DNA of 64,000 nt, taken from contig CAVPSB010000025.1 in the NCBI GenBank assembly GCA_963708025.1, positions 96,001 to 160,000 on the forward strand, in the 5' to 3' direction. A model generated the notes under the pieces. The model did not search any database, was not told the origin of the DNA, and was given only the letters and a program-made list of their open reading frames with translations. Positions 50,388 through 60,893 of the stretch are shown piece by piece. Each line of letters opens with the position of its first letter. Position 1 is the first letter of the stretch. The translations under genes were made by a program, and so were the position numbers. This DNA is from an uncultured Candidatus Rokubacteria bacterium. GTDB taxonomy: Bacteria > Methylomirabilota > Methylomirabilia > Rokubacteriales > DASRDR01.

Positions 50388-51121
50388 GGCTTCCCCGTGG
50401 GGCGGTCGGCCGCCCCGTCTGTGGGCGCTTCGCCGCGGCCCAGATGCGACCGTAACTCGGCGTCCGTGATCCGCCGGAACTTCCGGCGCTCGCGGTTCCG
50501 GTCCAGCACGGCGATCTCCAGGTCCCGCTCGGTCAGCGTCTTGTTCTGGGTCACGGTCAGGGACCGGACCCCCATCTGGATGGCCTCGGCGACCGGCATG
50601 CCATCACGGTAGTGGTCCTTCAGGAACCGCCGGATCTCGTCGGCCTGCCCGCCCATCGCCGCGTAGTTCAGCTCGTCCTCGATCGTGCCGTCGTAGAGGA
50701 TATGGTACATCTCGTTCTTGCTGCCGTTGCGGGCCTCTCCCACCTCGGCGACGAGCACCTCCACCTCGAAGGGCTTGATGCCCTCGGTGAAGATGTTCCC
50801 CAGCGCCTGGGAGTACGCGTTGGCCAGCGACTTGGCGGTGACGTCCTCCCGGTCGTAGTTGTACCCCTTGATGTCGGCGTGGCGCACCCCGGCGATCCGG
50901 AGGTTCTCGAACTCGTTGTACTTGCCGACGCCGGCGAACGCGATCCGGTCGTAGATCTCCGAGATCTTGTGGAGGAGCGTCGAGGGGTTCTCGGCCAGCA
51001 GCAGGATGCCGTCCTGGTACTCCAGCGCGATCATGGACCGGCCGCGGGCGATGCCCTTGCGGGCATACTCGGCCTTGTCCTTCATCATCTGTTCGGGCGA
51101 GACGTAGTACGGAAGCGGCAT
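50384..51121 (-). CDS. prcA: 20S proteasome alpha subunit
   Basis: [26 protein letters not shown] and KISEIYDRI motifs. Confidence 0.95.
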   Translation of the reverse strand: MPLPYYVSPEQMMKDKAEYARKGIARGRSMIALEYQDGILLLAENPSTLLHKISEIYDRIAFAGVGKYNEFENLRIAGVRHADIKGYNYDREDVTAKSLANAYSQALGNIFTEGIKPFEVEVLVAEVGEARNGSKNEMYHILYDGTIEDELNYAAMGGQADEIRRFLKDHYRDGMPVAEAIQMGVRSLTVTQNKTLTERDLEIAVLDRNRERRKFRRITDAELRSHLGRGEAPTDGAADRPTGKP

Positions 51122-51127
51122 CGGTCC

Positions 51128-51968
51128 CTATCCCTGCGGACTGCGGTTGTTGGCGGCCCGCCGGACGGCGATGACGGTGTCGCAGTGCTCCCGCACCTCG
51201 GGCTCGGGCACTTCCGCGAACCCGGCGGCGGTGATGACCTTCATCGTCGGATAGACGCCGTGGACCGGATCGGGACCCCCGGTCCCGACGTCCTCCTCGG
51301 CGGCGTCGAAGAGCGCCTCGGCCGCCATGCGGAGGGCCTCCTCCCGGGAGCAGCCCGGCCGGTAGACCTTCTTGAGCGTGGTCCGGGCGTCCTTGCCGCC
51401 GGAGCCGGTCGCGTAGTACTCCGTCTCCTCGTAGCGGCCGCCGGTGATGTCGTACTTGAAGATGCGGCCATCGCCCCGCTTGAGGTCGAAGCCGGCGAAG
51501 ATCGGCACCACCACCAGCCCCTGCATGGCGGCCGGCAGGTTCATCCGGATCATCTGGCCGAGCTTGTTCGCCTTCCCTTCCAGCGAGAGCCCGTCTCCCT
51601 CGACCTTCTCGTAGTGCTCCAGCTCGGTCTGGAAGAGCCGGGCCATCTCGATCGACGGCCCCGCCGCCCCCGCGATGGCGATCGCCGAATGGTCGTCCGA
51701 CTTGTAGACCTTCTCGATCCGGCGGTGCGCCACCTGGTAGCCCTCGGTCGCCTGCCGGTCGCCGGCCACGATGACCCCCTCGGCGTACCGGATGGCGAGA
51801 ATGGTCGTCCCGATCGGCACGCCGGGGCGCCCGGGCGCCTCGGCGTGCGCCGACGGCCCTCCGGGCAAGGAGAGGGGCCCCCACGTGCTCCGGTGAGTGC
51901 GCCCGGAGCAGCTCCACGAAGCTCGAGTTCAGGTAGTTACCGAAGAGACCTTGCCACCGCTCGTGCAT
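51128..51968 (-). CDS. prcB: 20S proteasome beta subunit; +1 frameshift in the propeptide near 51875
   Basis: SSFVELLR propeptide, G-TTILA processing site, GDRQAT and TGSG motifs. Confidence 0.93.
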
Positions 51969-51985
51969 GGGTTCTCCCGGACGCG

Positions 51986-51994
51986 ATTATAGCA
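51986..51994 (-). promoter_or_regulatory. Extended -10 promoter for prcBA-pafA
   Basis: TGCTATAAT ending 17 nt before the prcB ATG. Confidence 0.6.
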
Positions 51995-52065
51995 GGGAGT
52001 CGCGCAGGCGAGCGACTCCCCGGCAGGTCCGTGTGGTGGGTCCTACCTAGTCTAGCCCCTGCGGG

Positions 52066-52206
52066 CTAGCACGCCAACGAGCGGGGCCGAGGAGCGAGCA
52101 GCGCTAGGACGCAGGGAGTCGCCCACCGCAGGCGTATGCCGCATACGCCGAGGATGGGCGACGACCGAGGACGACGCGATGCGAAGCTCATCGGCCCCGC
52201 GTGCTA
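52066..52206 (-). repeat. Repeat family A copy at the position normally occupied by pup
   Basis: GCGGGGCCGA/TCGGCCCCGC closing stem; inner GGCGTATGC-GGC-ATACGCC variant hairpin. Confidence 0.88.
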
Positions 52207-53700
52207 TACCACGCTGGGCTTCGAGATGTTGCGCAGTAGATCGCGGGCTGTCGGAGACTCGTCCAGGAGCTGGCGGACGAAGGCCTCGGTCCCCCGGAGG
52301 GGCTCCAGCATGAAGATCTTCTTCAGGGGGCCTTCCTTCAGGTCGAAGATGACCGAGTCCCAGGACGCCGAGACGATGTCCTCGGAGTACCGCTGGAGGC
52401 ACATGCCCCGGAAGTAGGCCCGGGTGTCCTTGGGGGGATCGTGGATGGCCTTGGTGATCTCGTCGTCGGCGACGATCCGCTCGACCGCGTCGGACTCCTC
52501 GAGCTTGTAGTAGAGGCCCTTGCCAGGCCGGATGTCGTGGTACTGGAGGTCGATCATCGCGACCCGGGCGTCCGTCCAGTCGATGTCGTGCGTCGCCATG
52601 TAGCTCTCGATCAGGTCCTTCTTGATCACCCAGTCCAGCTCCCGCGACAGGGTCATCGGATCCTGCTCCAGCCGGTCCAGGACGTACTCCCACCGCACCA
52701 GGACGTCCTTGGTCACCGTGTCCAGCTCCCGGTCCCGGTAGTAGCGATGGGCCAGCTCGAGGAACTCGCGCTGGAGCCCGACCGCGGTGACGCTGCGCCC
52801 GTCCTTCAGCCGGACCGTGGCCCGGCAGTTCAGGTCGCGGGAGATCGTGCGGAATCCCTGGACGGGGTTGTCCAGGGAGAGGTCGCGGTCGATGAAGTCG
52901 TCCTCCAGCATCGAGAGCACGATGGCCGTGGTGCCCGCCTTCAGATAGGTGGTGAACTCCGACATGTTGGCGTCGCCCACGATGACGTGGAGGCGGCGGT
53001 ACTTCTCGGGGTCGGCGTGGGGCTCGTCGCGGGTGTTGATGATCGGCCGCGAGTGCATCGTCTCCAGCCCGACCTCGGTCTCCAGGAAATCCGCCCGCTG
53101 GGAGATCTGGAACGGCGTGTACTCGAGGTTGTTCTCGGAGCCGACCTTGCCGGCTCCGGTGAAGATCTGCCGCGTCACCAGGAACGGCATCAGGTGCTGG
53201 ACGATCCGCGTGAAGGGGCAGCGCCGGTCCATGAGGTAGTTCTCGTGGGTCCCGTAGCTGTTGCCCTTGTTGTCGGTGTTGTTCTTGTAGATGAGGATCC
53301 GCTGCTCGGGCGGGGAGACCGCCTCCGCCCGGGTCCGCGAGATGTTCAGGATCCGCTCGCCGGCCTTGTCCCAGATGACGAGGTCGCGCGGGTTCGTGCA
53401 CTCCGGCGTGGAGTACTCGGGGTGGGCGTGATCCACGTAGAAGCGCGCCCCGTTGGAGAGGATCAGGTTGATGAGGCGGGACTCCTCCTTCGAGGGCAGC
53501 TCCTTCTCCTCGGCGTACTCGAACCCCCGGGCGTCCCGGAGCGGGCTCTCCGCCTCGTAGTCCCAGCGGATGCGCGCGGTGCGGTACGTCTCGTAGGAGT
53601 TGATGAGGAGGAGGGAGGACAGGATCGGGTTGAAGTCCGGCTGGTTGCGGACGGTGATCCCGTATTCCGTCTCGATTCCCATCACCTTCGGGATGGCCAT
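52204..53700 (-). CDS. dop: Pup deamidase/depupylase
   Basis: GIETEYG, NGARFYVDHAHPEYSTPEC, TRAYFRG and ASWDS motifs. Confidence 0.93.
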   Translation of the reverse strand: MAIPKVMGIETEYGITVRNQPDFNPILSSLLLINSYETYRTARIRWDYEAESPLRDARGFEYAEEKELPSKEESRLINLILSNGARFYVDHAHPEYSTPECTNPRDLVIWDKAGERILNISRTRAEAVSPPEQRILIYKNNTDNKGNSYGTHENYLMDRRCPFTRIVQHLMPFLVTRQIFTGAGKVGSENNLEYTPFQISQRADFLETEVGLETMHSRPIINTRDEPHADPEKYRRLHVIVGDANMSEFTTYLKAGTTAIVLSMLEDDFIDRDLSLDNPVQGFRTISRDLNCRATVRLKDGRSVTAVGLQREFLELAHRYYRDRELDTVTKDVLVRWEYVLDRLEQDPMTLSRELDWVIKKDLIESYMATHDIDWTDARVAMIDLQYHDIRPGKGLYYKLEESDAVERIVADDEITKAIHDPPKDTRAYFRGMCLQRYSEDIVSASWDSVIFDLKEGPLKKIFMLEPLRGTEAFVRQLLDESPTARDLLRNISKPSVV

Positions 53701-53723
53701 GCCGCCCTCACCGTCTTGACAGA

Positions 53724-53763
53724 AAAGGGGTGAGGGCGGCGCTCGGCGCGACCCTCACCCCTT
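53724..53763 (-). terminator. Hairpin with U-tract between arc and dop
   Basis: Minus strand AAGGGGTGAGGG...CCCTCACCCCTTTT. Confidence 0.5.
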
Positions 53764-53766
53764 CGT

Positions 53767-55590
53767 TTACAGGTATTGCCCGGTCGTGACCCGATCCACG
53801 GGCCGGGTCTTCTCTTTGCTCTCGCCCATCAGCGGCTTCACGTACACGATGCGCTCGCCCTTCTTGCCCGCGATCTTGGCCCAGTCGTCCGGGTTGGTGG
53901 TATTGGGCAGGTCCTCGTTCTCCTTGAACTCTTCCCGGACCGCGCTCAAGAGGTCCTCGAGCACGATGCCCTTCTCGCCGGAGCCGATGTACCGCTTGAG
54001 GGCCAGCTTCTTGGCCCGGCGAACCACCGACTCCATCATGGCTCCCGACGCGAAGTCCTTGAAGTACAGGACCTCCTTGTCCCCGTTCGCGTAGGTGACC
54101 TCGAGGAAGCGGTTCTCGTCGGTCAGCGCGTACATCTGCTCCACGGCGGTGTCGATCAGCCGCTTGATGGCCGCCTGGACGTCGCCACCGTGCGGGCGGA
54201 TCTCCTGCTCGTGGATCGGCACGTCGGGCGTCAGGTACTTGGCCAGGATGTCGTCGGCGGCCGACTTGTCGGGCCGGTCGATCTTGATCTTCACGTCGAG
54301 CCGGCCGGGCCGGAGGATGGCCGGGTCGATGAGATCCTGCCGGTTGGAGGCGCCGATCACGATCACGTTCTTCAGGCCCTCGACGCCGTCGATCTCGGCC
54401 AGGAGCTGGGGGACGATCGTGGTCTCGACGTCCGACGAGATCCCCGAGCCGCGGGTGCGGAAGAGCGCGTCCATCTCGTCGAAGAAGACGACGACCGGCA
54501 CGTCCTCGGCGGCCTTCTCCTTGGCCTTCTGGAAGATCTCGCGGATCTTGCGCTCGGTCTCGCCCACGTACTTGTTGAGGAGCTCGGGGCCCTTGATGTT
54601 CATGAAGAAGCCCTTGATCTTCTCGCCGCGCTTCTCCGAGACCTTCTGGGCCAGGTTGTTGGCCACCGCCTTGGCGATCATCGTCTTGCCGCAGCCCGGC
54701 GGCCCGTAGAGGAGCACGCCCTTCGGCGGGGCCAGCTTGTGCTCCTTGTAGTAGTCGGCGTAGAGGTACGGCAGCTCCACCGCGTCGCGGATGGTCTCGA
54801 TCTGATTGCTGAGGCCGCCGATGTCCTCGTAGCTGATGTCCGGCACCTCTTCCAGGGCCAGGTCCTCGACCTCGCTCTTCGGCAGCCGCTCCAGGAGGTA
54901 GCCAGACTTGCCGTCCATGAGGATGTGGTCGCCGACCTTCAGCTTCAGGGTCCGGAGCGGATCGGCGATGATGCCGACCTTCTCCTCGTCGGCGCGGAGC
55001 GTCACCACCGCCCGGCCCTCGTCGAGGACTTCCTTGAGGATGACCACCTCGCCCTGGATCTCGTAGCCCGCCGTCTCGATGACGTTCAGGCCCTCGTTGA
55101 GGACCAGCTCCTGCCCCGGCTTGATCCCCTCCCGCTTGATGGCGGGGTGCAGGTTCACCTTCACCTTGCGGCCGGCGGCCAGGATGTTGATGGTGCCGTC
55201 CTCGTTGAGCGAGAGGAACACGCCGTACGTCGAGGGCGGCGCGCAGAGCTTGTCCACCTCTTCCTTCAGCGAGGTGATCTGCTCGCGGGCCTCGTAGAGC
55301 GCGTTCACCAGCTTCTCGTTCTGGTTGAAGGCCTGGACGAGCTGGCGGTTCGCCTCCCGGAGCTTGTTCTCGAGGATCAGGGATTCCTTGGGCGCCTCGT
55401 CGAGCTTCTTGCGGAGGTGGACCGTCTCGGCTTCCAGCGAGCGGATGTAGGCCTGCAGATCCTGGATCTGGATCTCGTACTCGGTGAGTCGGCGGCGGTA
55501 CGCGGATTCCGACATCGGCAGGAACTTGGACAGGCCCTTCACCCCCTCCGATTCACGGGGTGGACCACCCTTCTTCTCGAACTCTTTCAT
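53767..55590 (-). CDS. arc: Proteasome-associated AAA ATPase ARC/Mpa
   Basis: N-terminal coiled coil, [20 protein letters not shown] and C-terminal GQYL (HbYX-type). Confidence 0.95.
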   Translation of the reverse strand: MKEFEKKGGPPRESEGVKGLSKFLPMSESAYRRRLTEYEIQIQDLQAYIRSLEAETVHLRKKLDEAPKESLILENKLREANRQLVQAFNQNEKLVNALYEAREQITSLKEEVDKLCAPPSTYGVFLSLNEDGTINILAAGRKVKVNLHPAIKREGIKPGQELVLNEGLNVIETAGYEIQGEVVILKEVLDEGRAVVTLRADEEKVGIIADPLRTLKLKVGDHILMDGKSGYLLERLPKSEVEDLALEEVPDISYEDIGGLSNQIETIRDAVELPYLYADYYKEHKLAPPKGVLLYGPPGCGKTMIAKAVANNLAQKVSEKRGEKIKGFFMNIKGPELLNKYVGETERKIREIFQKAKEKAAEDVPVVVFFDEMDALFRTRGSGISSDVETTIVPQLLAEIDGVEGLKNVIVIGASNRQDLIDPAILRPGRLDVKIKIDRPDKSAADDILAKYLTPDVPIHEQEIRPHGGDVQAAIKRLIDTAVEQMYALTDENRFLEVTYANGDKEVLYFKDFASGAMMESVVRRAKKLALKRYIGSGEKGIVLEDLLSAVREEFKENEDLPNTTNPDDWAKIAGKKGERIVYVKPLMGESKEKTRPVDRVTTGQYL

Positions 55591-55678
55591 GGCCCCCCAT
55601 TCCTTTCGTGAGCCTCGGCCGGCTCGCTCACGCCGACCCCAACCGCCTCCGCACGAGATCCCGGCGCTGGGTCGAGCA

Positions 55679-55708
55679 AGTATAGGCAGTGGCGAAAAAG
55701 AATGTCAA
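55679..55708 (-). promoter_or_regulatory. Sigma70 promoter of arc
   Basis: TTGACA-18 bp-TATACT. Confidence 0.7.
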
Positions 55709-56008
55709 GTTTGTTGGGTTCATACGGCCCTTTCGACCGTTCTGTTTCGCCCTCGCCACTCCTCTCGACCTGTCACCGGTGCAACGGGGGTGCCAGAAAG
55801 ACGCCCGCATCGTCGCCCGACCACACGCGCTACCTCGCGACTCGCCGCCGACCGGCCGGAATTTCGCACCGGCCATCGCGCAGCTCTTCCGGGCGTGGCC
55901 CCTCCTCCTTACAACCCTCTACGCGCGCCGATGGCTCCCGGGTCGGTGGTCGAGGACGCCATCGCCGCCCGGACAGCCACCCTCTATAATCGGCGCATGA
56001 GGCGTCCC

Positions 56009-56260
56009 GGGCCGAGACCCGTCGCGATTTCCGTCTCGGCCGTGACGCGCTCGGCCTGCGTCGCTCGGACGGCCTTCGGCCTTGGCGGACGGCCTTCGGC
56101 CTGGGGGCGTCCGTCCCGGCCTATGGTCGTCGTTCGGACGGCCTTCGGCCTTTGGGGTCGTTGCCGATCCTCGGCGTACTCGGAGTACGCCTGCGGTCGG
56201 CCACTCCCTGCGTCGTTTCGGACGGCCTTCGGCCTGCGGGGGCTGCTCGGGTCTCGGCCC
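56009..56260 (+). repeat. Repeat family A, expanded copy with four hairpin modules, in the 5' leader of the peptide ABC operon
   Basis: GGGCCGAGACCCG/CGGGTCTCGGCCC closing stem; 4 copies of CGGACGGCCTTCGGCCT; TATAAT at 55985-55990 upstream. Confidence 0.88.
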
Positions 56261-56307
56261 GGTACCATGCCAGGACACGCTGTCGTGGCTGACCGGAGGG
56301 CAAACGC

Positions 56308-58053
56308 ATGAGCGGAACAGCCCCGCGCCGGCATCGAGGTCGTCACCCGGTGCGTCGATGGCGGGGCCTCGCCCGCCTGGCGCTCGCGGTCGCCGGCGTC
56401 GCGCTCGGCGCGGCCGTGGTGGCGAGCGCGCCCGCGGAGCCCGCCGGCGAGCTGCGCGTCGGCGTTTCCCGCCTCCCCGAGTCGCTCGATCCGGCGTCGG
56501 GGTCGGGCCCCGGGCTGGTCGTCTTCCGGCAGATGTACCAGGGCCTCGTCGAGGTCGGCGAGCGCGGCGACCTCGAGCCGGGCCTGGCCGTGCAGTGGAC
56601 CGTGTCGCGCGACGGTCTGACCTGGACGTTTCGCCTCCGGCCCGATGTACAGTTCCACAACGGGACGCCGCTGACGGCGGACGTCGTGGTCGCGTCACTG
56701 GGCCGCCATCTGGCCGCCGCCGACGGTGGGGAGCCGGCCGAGGCCTGGCTCCGGCTCTTCCGCGGGAAGAGCGCGGTCGTGCGCGGGGTGCGCCGCGGAG
56801 CCTCGGGAACGGTCGAGATCCAGCTCAACCAGCCCTTCTCGCCCTTGCTCGCGGTGCTCGCCCATCCCGCGCTGGCCATCGCGCTGACGCAAATTGACAA
56901 CCCGGTTCCTTTTCTCGGCACCGGACCCTACCGGCTGGCGGAGCGGAGCCCGGGGCGGCTGGTTCTCCAGGCGGGGGCGGCCGGCGAGGAGGTCCGTCTG
57001 GCGCGGCTGGTCTTCGAAGAGGCCGCCGACGACGCGGCGGGACTGGCGGAGCTCCAGCCCGGGGGTCGCCTGGACGTCCTGTTCCCCCGGGCGGCGCCGG
57101 CGTGGGGCGGCCTCGGACTCCAGGTCGTGACGGCACCAACCCGCCAGCTCGGGCTGCTGGTCCTGAGGAGCCAGGCGGGCCTGCTCGTCCGCAAGCCCGT
57201 CCGGCAGGCCATCGCCCTCGCGCTCGATCCGGCGCTCGTGGGCCCCGCCCTCGGCCGTGCGGCCCGGCCTCACGCCGCCTACCTCCCGCCCGGGGCGTGG
57301 GCGGCCCGCGCGGCTCCGGCGCCGGCCCACGACCCGATCCGGGCCCGGCGCCTCCTGGCCGAGGCGCGGGCCGGGACCCCGACCCTGACCCTGCTGGCAC
57401 CGGAGGCGTCGACGGGGGTCGACACCGCGCGGCTCGCCGAGGCGATCCGGCTCTCGCTCGCGGTCGCGGGAATCACCGTACCGGTCCGCCAGCTGGCGGG
57501 CGAGGCCTACCTGCAGGCGCTGCGCCAGGGCGAGGGTGAGCTGGCGCTCGTGGAGGTGGAGGAGCTCATCGACGATCCCCACTTCGTGCTGCGGCCGCTG
57601 GTCGCCTCCGATGGGGCGATTACGGGCGCGGCGACCAACGTGGCCTTCTACCGGAATGCCCTCGCCGACGGCATGCTGCTGCGCGCGAGTCAGCTCGGCT
57701 TCCGGCCGGAGCGCCTGCGCCTCTACCAGCGTCTGCAGGCCCAGCTGGCCGAGGATCTCCCGTACCTGCCGCTCTACGTCCGGCTCCAGTGGGCAGTGGC
57801 GCGACCCGGGGTGCGCGACCTGCGCCTCGACTCCGGCGGCCGCCACCGCCTCGACCGGGTCTGGATCGAGGCGCCGCCCGAGCCGGCCGCGCCGGCGCCG
57901 GCCGCATCGGCGCCGCCTGCGCCGGCGCCGGTCGCGCCGGTGCCACCATTGGTCGCACCCCTGCCACCACCAGTCGCGCCGCTGCCACCACCAGTCGCGC
58001 CGCTGCCACCGCCGGTCGCACCCGCGCCGGCCCCGCCCGAAGGGAGTCCATGA
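56308..58053 (+). CDS. Peptide/nickel ABC substrate-binding protein (family 5) with Pro-rich tail
   Basis: SLDPA, DGLTWTFRLRPDVQFHNG and GTGPY motifs. Confidence 0.88.
   Translation: MSGTAPRRHRGRHPVRRWRGLARLALAVAGVALGAAVVASAPAEPAGELRVGVSRLPESLDPASGSGPGLVVFRQMYQGLVEVGERGDLEPGLAVQWTVSRDGLTWTFRLRPDVQFHNGTPLTADVVVASLGRHLAAADGGEPAEAWLRLFRGKSAVVRGVRRGASGTVEIQLNQPFSPLLAVLAHPALAIALTQIDNPVPFLGTGPYRLAERSPGRLVLQAGAAGEEVRLARLVFEEAADDAAGLAELQPGGRLDVLFPRAAPAWGGLGLQVVTAPTRQLGLLVLRSQAGLLVRKPVRQAIALALDPALVGPALGRAARPHAAYLPPGAWAARAAPAPAHDPIRARRLLAEARAGTPTLTLLAPEASTGVDTARLAEAIRLSLAVAGITVPVRQLAGEAYLQALRQGEGELALVEVEELIDDPHFVLRPLVASDGAITGAATNVAFYRNALADGMLLRASQLGFRPERLRLYQRLQAQLAEDLPYLPLYVRLQWAVARPGVRDLRLDSGGRHRLDRVWIEAPPEPAAPAPAASAPPAPAPVAPVPPLVAPLPPPVAPLPPPVAPLPPPVAPAPAPPEGSP
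57946..58029 (+). repeat. Coding 21-bp tandem repeat (PPVAPLP)
   Basis: About 4 units of CCACCAGTCGCGCCGCTGCCA. Confidence 0.7.
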
Positions 58054-59648
58054 TGTCCACGGGGATCGCCCGCGTCATCGCCGGCCTCGTCGTGTGCCTC
58101 GCGCTGGTCGCCACCACCGGGCCGGCCCAGGGGCAGAAGCGTGGGGGCGGCTACCGCGCCGTGCTCGGCGCCGATCCCCCGACGCTCGATCCCGCCCAGG
58201 CCACCGACACGACGTCGTCGGCCGTTCTCCGCCAGCTCTTCGACGGCCTGGTCGAGCTGGACGAGTCGATGCAGCCGGTCCCGGCGATCGCCGAGCGGTG
58301 GACGATCTCCCCGGACCAGCGCGTGTACACGTTCACGCTGCGCCGGGGCGTCCGGTTCCACCACGGCCGCGAGGTCAAGGCGGCCGACTTCAAGTACTCG
58401 CTCGAGCGCGCCGCCCGCGGCAAGAAGCCGTGGGTCGTCGAGAAGCTGGCCGGCGCCGCCGAGGTGATCAAGGGACCGGCCACCGACATCCGCGGCATCC
58501 GGGTGGTCAACGACTCCACCCTGGAGCTGACGCTGGAGCGGCCGTTCGCGCCCTTCCTCAGCCTGATGGCGTACGACGCCGCGTTCGTCGTGCCCCGGGA
58601 GGAGGCGGAGCGGCTCGGCCCCGAGTTCGGATCGAAGCCGGTCGGCACCGGCGCCTTCCGCTTCGTCTCCTGGCGGCACGACGACCAGGTCGTGGTGGAG
58701 GCGTTCCGGGACCACTTCCGCGGGGCGCCCTACCTCGACCGGATCGTCTACCGGGTGATCAACGACGACACCACGCGATTCCAGGAGTACCGAACCGGCG
58801 GGCTCGACCACGTTGACGTTCCGTCCGGCCAGTTCCGGGCGACGCAGAAGGATCCGGTGCTCTCCCGGGAGCTGTCCGTTTATCCGATGCTCGGCACCTA
58901 CGCGCTCCGCTTCACGATGACCCAGCCTCCGCTCAAGGGCAACCGGAAGCTGCGCCAGGCGCTGAACCACGCGGTCGACAAGGAGGCCATCGCCAACGTC
59001 ATCATGGAGGGCAGCGTGGTCCCGGCCCGCGGCGTGCTGCCACCCGGCATGCCGGGCCACAACCCGGAGCTGGCGGGCTACCCGCACGACAAGCAGAAGG
59101 CGCGCCGGCTCCTCGCCGAGGCCGGCTATCCCGACGGCAAGGGCTTGCCGCCGATCACGCTCCACTACAACACGAGCCCGCTCCACCGGCGGATCGTGGA
59201 GCTGGTCCAGGCCCAGCTTCGCGAGTACGGGGTCCCCCTCCAGCTCGCGAGCCTCGACTGGGCCGCGTACATCAAGCTCGTGGACGATGGCGGCACCCAG
59301 TGGCACCGCATGGGCTGGCTGGCCGACTACCCGGACCCGGAGAACTTCCTCACCGTCCTCTTTCACACCCGGAACATCGGGCCGCCGGGCAACAGCTCCC
59401 ACTACTCGAACCCCGAGGTCGACAAGCTCTTCGACGAGGCCGACCGCCTGCCAGCGGGACCGGCGCGGCTGGCCAAGTACCGCGAGGCCGAGAAGCTGGT
59501 CGTCGAGGACGCGCCGTGGGTCTTCGTCTACTGGTACACGAGCCGGCTCCTGCAGAAGCCCTACGTCCGAGGGCTCGAGCGCTCGCCCATGTCGAGCGCG
59601 CCGGAGATGCACATGGCGCCCATGCGCAAGGTCTGGCTGGACCGATAG
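58050..59648 (+). CDS. Peptide ABC substrate-binding protein (DppA/OppA-like)
   Basis: TLDPA, YTFTLRRGVRFHHG, GTGAF and WLADYPDP motifs. Confidence 0.92.
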   Translation: MMSTGIARVIAGLVVCLALVATTGPAQGQKRGGGYRAVLGADPPTLDPAQATDTTSSAVLRQLFDGLVELDESMQPVPAIAERWTISPDQRVYTFTLRRGVRFHHGREVKAADFKYSLERAARGKKPWVVEKLAGAAEVIKGPATDIRGIRVVNDSTLELTLERPFAPFLSLMAYDAAFVVPREEAERLGPEFGSKPVGTGAFRFVSWRHDDQVVVEAFRDHFRGAPYLDRIVYRVINDDTTRFQEYRTGGLDHVDVPSGQFRATQKDPVLSRELSVYPMLGTYALRFTMTQPPLKGNRKLRQALNHAVDKEAIANVIMEGSVVPARGVLPPGMPGHNPELAGYPHDKQKARRLLAEAGYPDGKGLPPITLHYNTSPLHRRIVELVQAQLREYGVPLQLASLDWAAYIKLVDDGGTQWHRMGWLADYPDPENFLTVLFHTRNIGPPGNSSHYSNPEVDKLFDEADRLPAGPARLAKYREAEKLVVEDAPWVFVYWYTSRLLQKPYVRGLERSPMSSAPEMHMAPMRKVWLDR

Positions 59649-59650
59649 CC

Positions 59651-59870
59651 GGCGGGGCCGATGAGCGTCGCGACGTTCATCTCGGTCGGGACGCGCTCGG
59701 CCTGCGGCCTCGCGGCCGTCCCGACCTATGGTCGTCCTCGGTCGTCCCCGATCCTCGGCGTACTCGGAGTACGCCTGCGGTCGGCGACTCCCTGCGTCCT
59801 AGCGCTGCTCGCTCCTCGGCCCCGCCGGGAGATCTGACCCACGTGCCATGACCCTGGGCGCTTCAAGGCT
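59651..59870 (+). repeat. Repeat family A, full copy with 3' tail
   Basis: Matches the reverse complement of 6313-6554. Confidence 0.9.
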
Positions 59871-59969
59871 CGAATCATGCGGACGTGTGGGCCACATGCG
59901 GGGGCGGGGTCTGCCGACAGGACCCGCGTCGCCATGACGGCTTCATGACTGGATCAGGCTACTAGGGCC

Positions 59970-60893
59970 GTGCTCGGGGTGATCGCGCGGCGGCTGGTGG
60001 CGTTGGTCCCGGTCCTGTTCGGGATCTCGCTGCTCGTCTTCGTCCTGACCGCGATCTCGCTGGGGGATCCGGTGCGGGCGGCGATGGGCCAGCGGGGCGA
60101 GCCGGCCGTCATCGCCCGGATCCGCCAGGACTACGGGCTCGACGAGCCGATCTGGGTCCAGTACGGCCGCTGGATGGGGCGGCTCCTCCGCGGGGACCTC
60201 GGCCGCTCGTATCATCAGCAGCGGGCCGTGACCGAGATCGTGGCCGAGCGCCTGCCGGCGACGCTCCGGCTGGCGCTGGCCGCCACCGCCATCGCCGTGG
60301 TGCTGGGCCTGGCGGCCGGGACGCTGGCGGCCGTGCGCCACGGGGGCGCGACCGACCTCTTCCTGATGACCGGGGCCGTGCTCGGGATCTCCACGCCGGT
60401 CTTCTGGCTCGGCCTGATGCTCATCCTGGTGTTCGCGGTCTGGCTCGGCTGGCTGCCCGTCTCCGGGTACGGCGACGGGAGCTGGCGCCACCTGGTCCTG
60501 CCGGCCCTGGCCCTGGGCGCCCTCCACACCGGGGTGATCGCCCGGATGGCGCGGGCCAGCCTGCTGGAGGTCATCCGCGAGGACTACGTGCGAGCCGCGC
60601 GTGCCAAGGGCCTCCCGGAGACCGTCGTGCTCGTGAAGCACGCCTTCCGCAACGCGCTGCTCCCGGTGATCACCGTGACCGGCATCGGGCTCGCGGACCT
60701 CCTGGTCGGCGCCCCCCTCACCGAGACGGTCTTCGCCTGGCCCGGTCTCGGCCGGATGCTCATCACCGCGGTCGGGCAGCGGGACCTGCCGGTGGTCATG
60801 GGCGCGGTCCTGCTCTTCGCCGTCGTCTACGTCGTCGGCAACCTGCTGGTGGAACTCGCCCATGCGGCGGCGGATCCGCGCATTCACGTCTAG
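59970..60893 (+). CDS. Peptide ABC permease (DppB-like)
   Basis: GDLGRS, YVRAARAKG, HAFRNA and ETVFAWPGLG motifs. Confidence 0.92.
   Translation: MLGVIARRLVALVPVLFGISLLVFVLTAISLGDPVRAAMGQRGEPAVIARIRQDYGLDEPIWVQYGRWMGRLLRGDLGRSYHQQRAVTEIVAERLPATLRLALAATAIAVVLGLAAGTLAAVRHGGATDLFLMTGAVLGISTPVFWLGLMLILVFAVWLGWLPVSGYGDGSWRHLVLPALALGALHTGVIARMARASLLEVIREDYVRAARAKGLPETVVLVKHAFRNALLPVITVTGIGLADLLVGAPLTETVFAWPGLGRMLITAVGQRDLPVVMGAVLLFAVVYVVGNLLVELAHAAADPRIHV

Noticed and set aside
52065-52191. Short ATG ORF between dop and prcB as Pup
   Set aside because: It encodes MSFASRRPRSSPILGVCG..., which is basic, repeat-derived and has no GGE/GGQ end.
56060-56240. Repeated CGGACGGCCTTCGGCCT units as a CRISPR array
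   Set aside because: Units are short and irregularly spaced, the intervening sequence is conserved family A repeat rather than unique spacers, and there are no cas genes.
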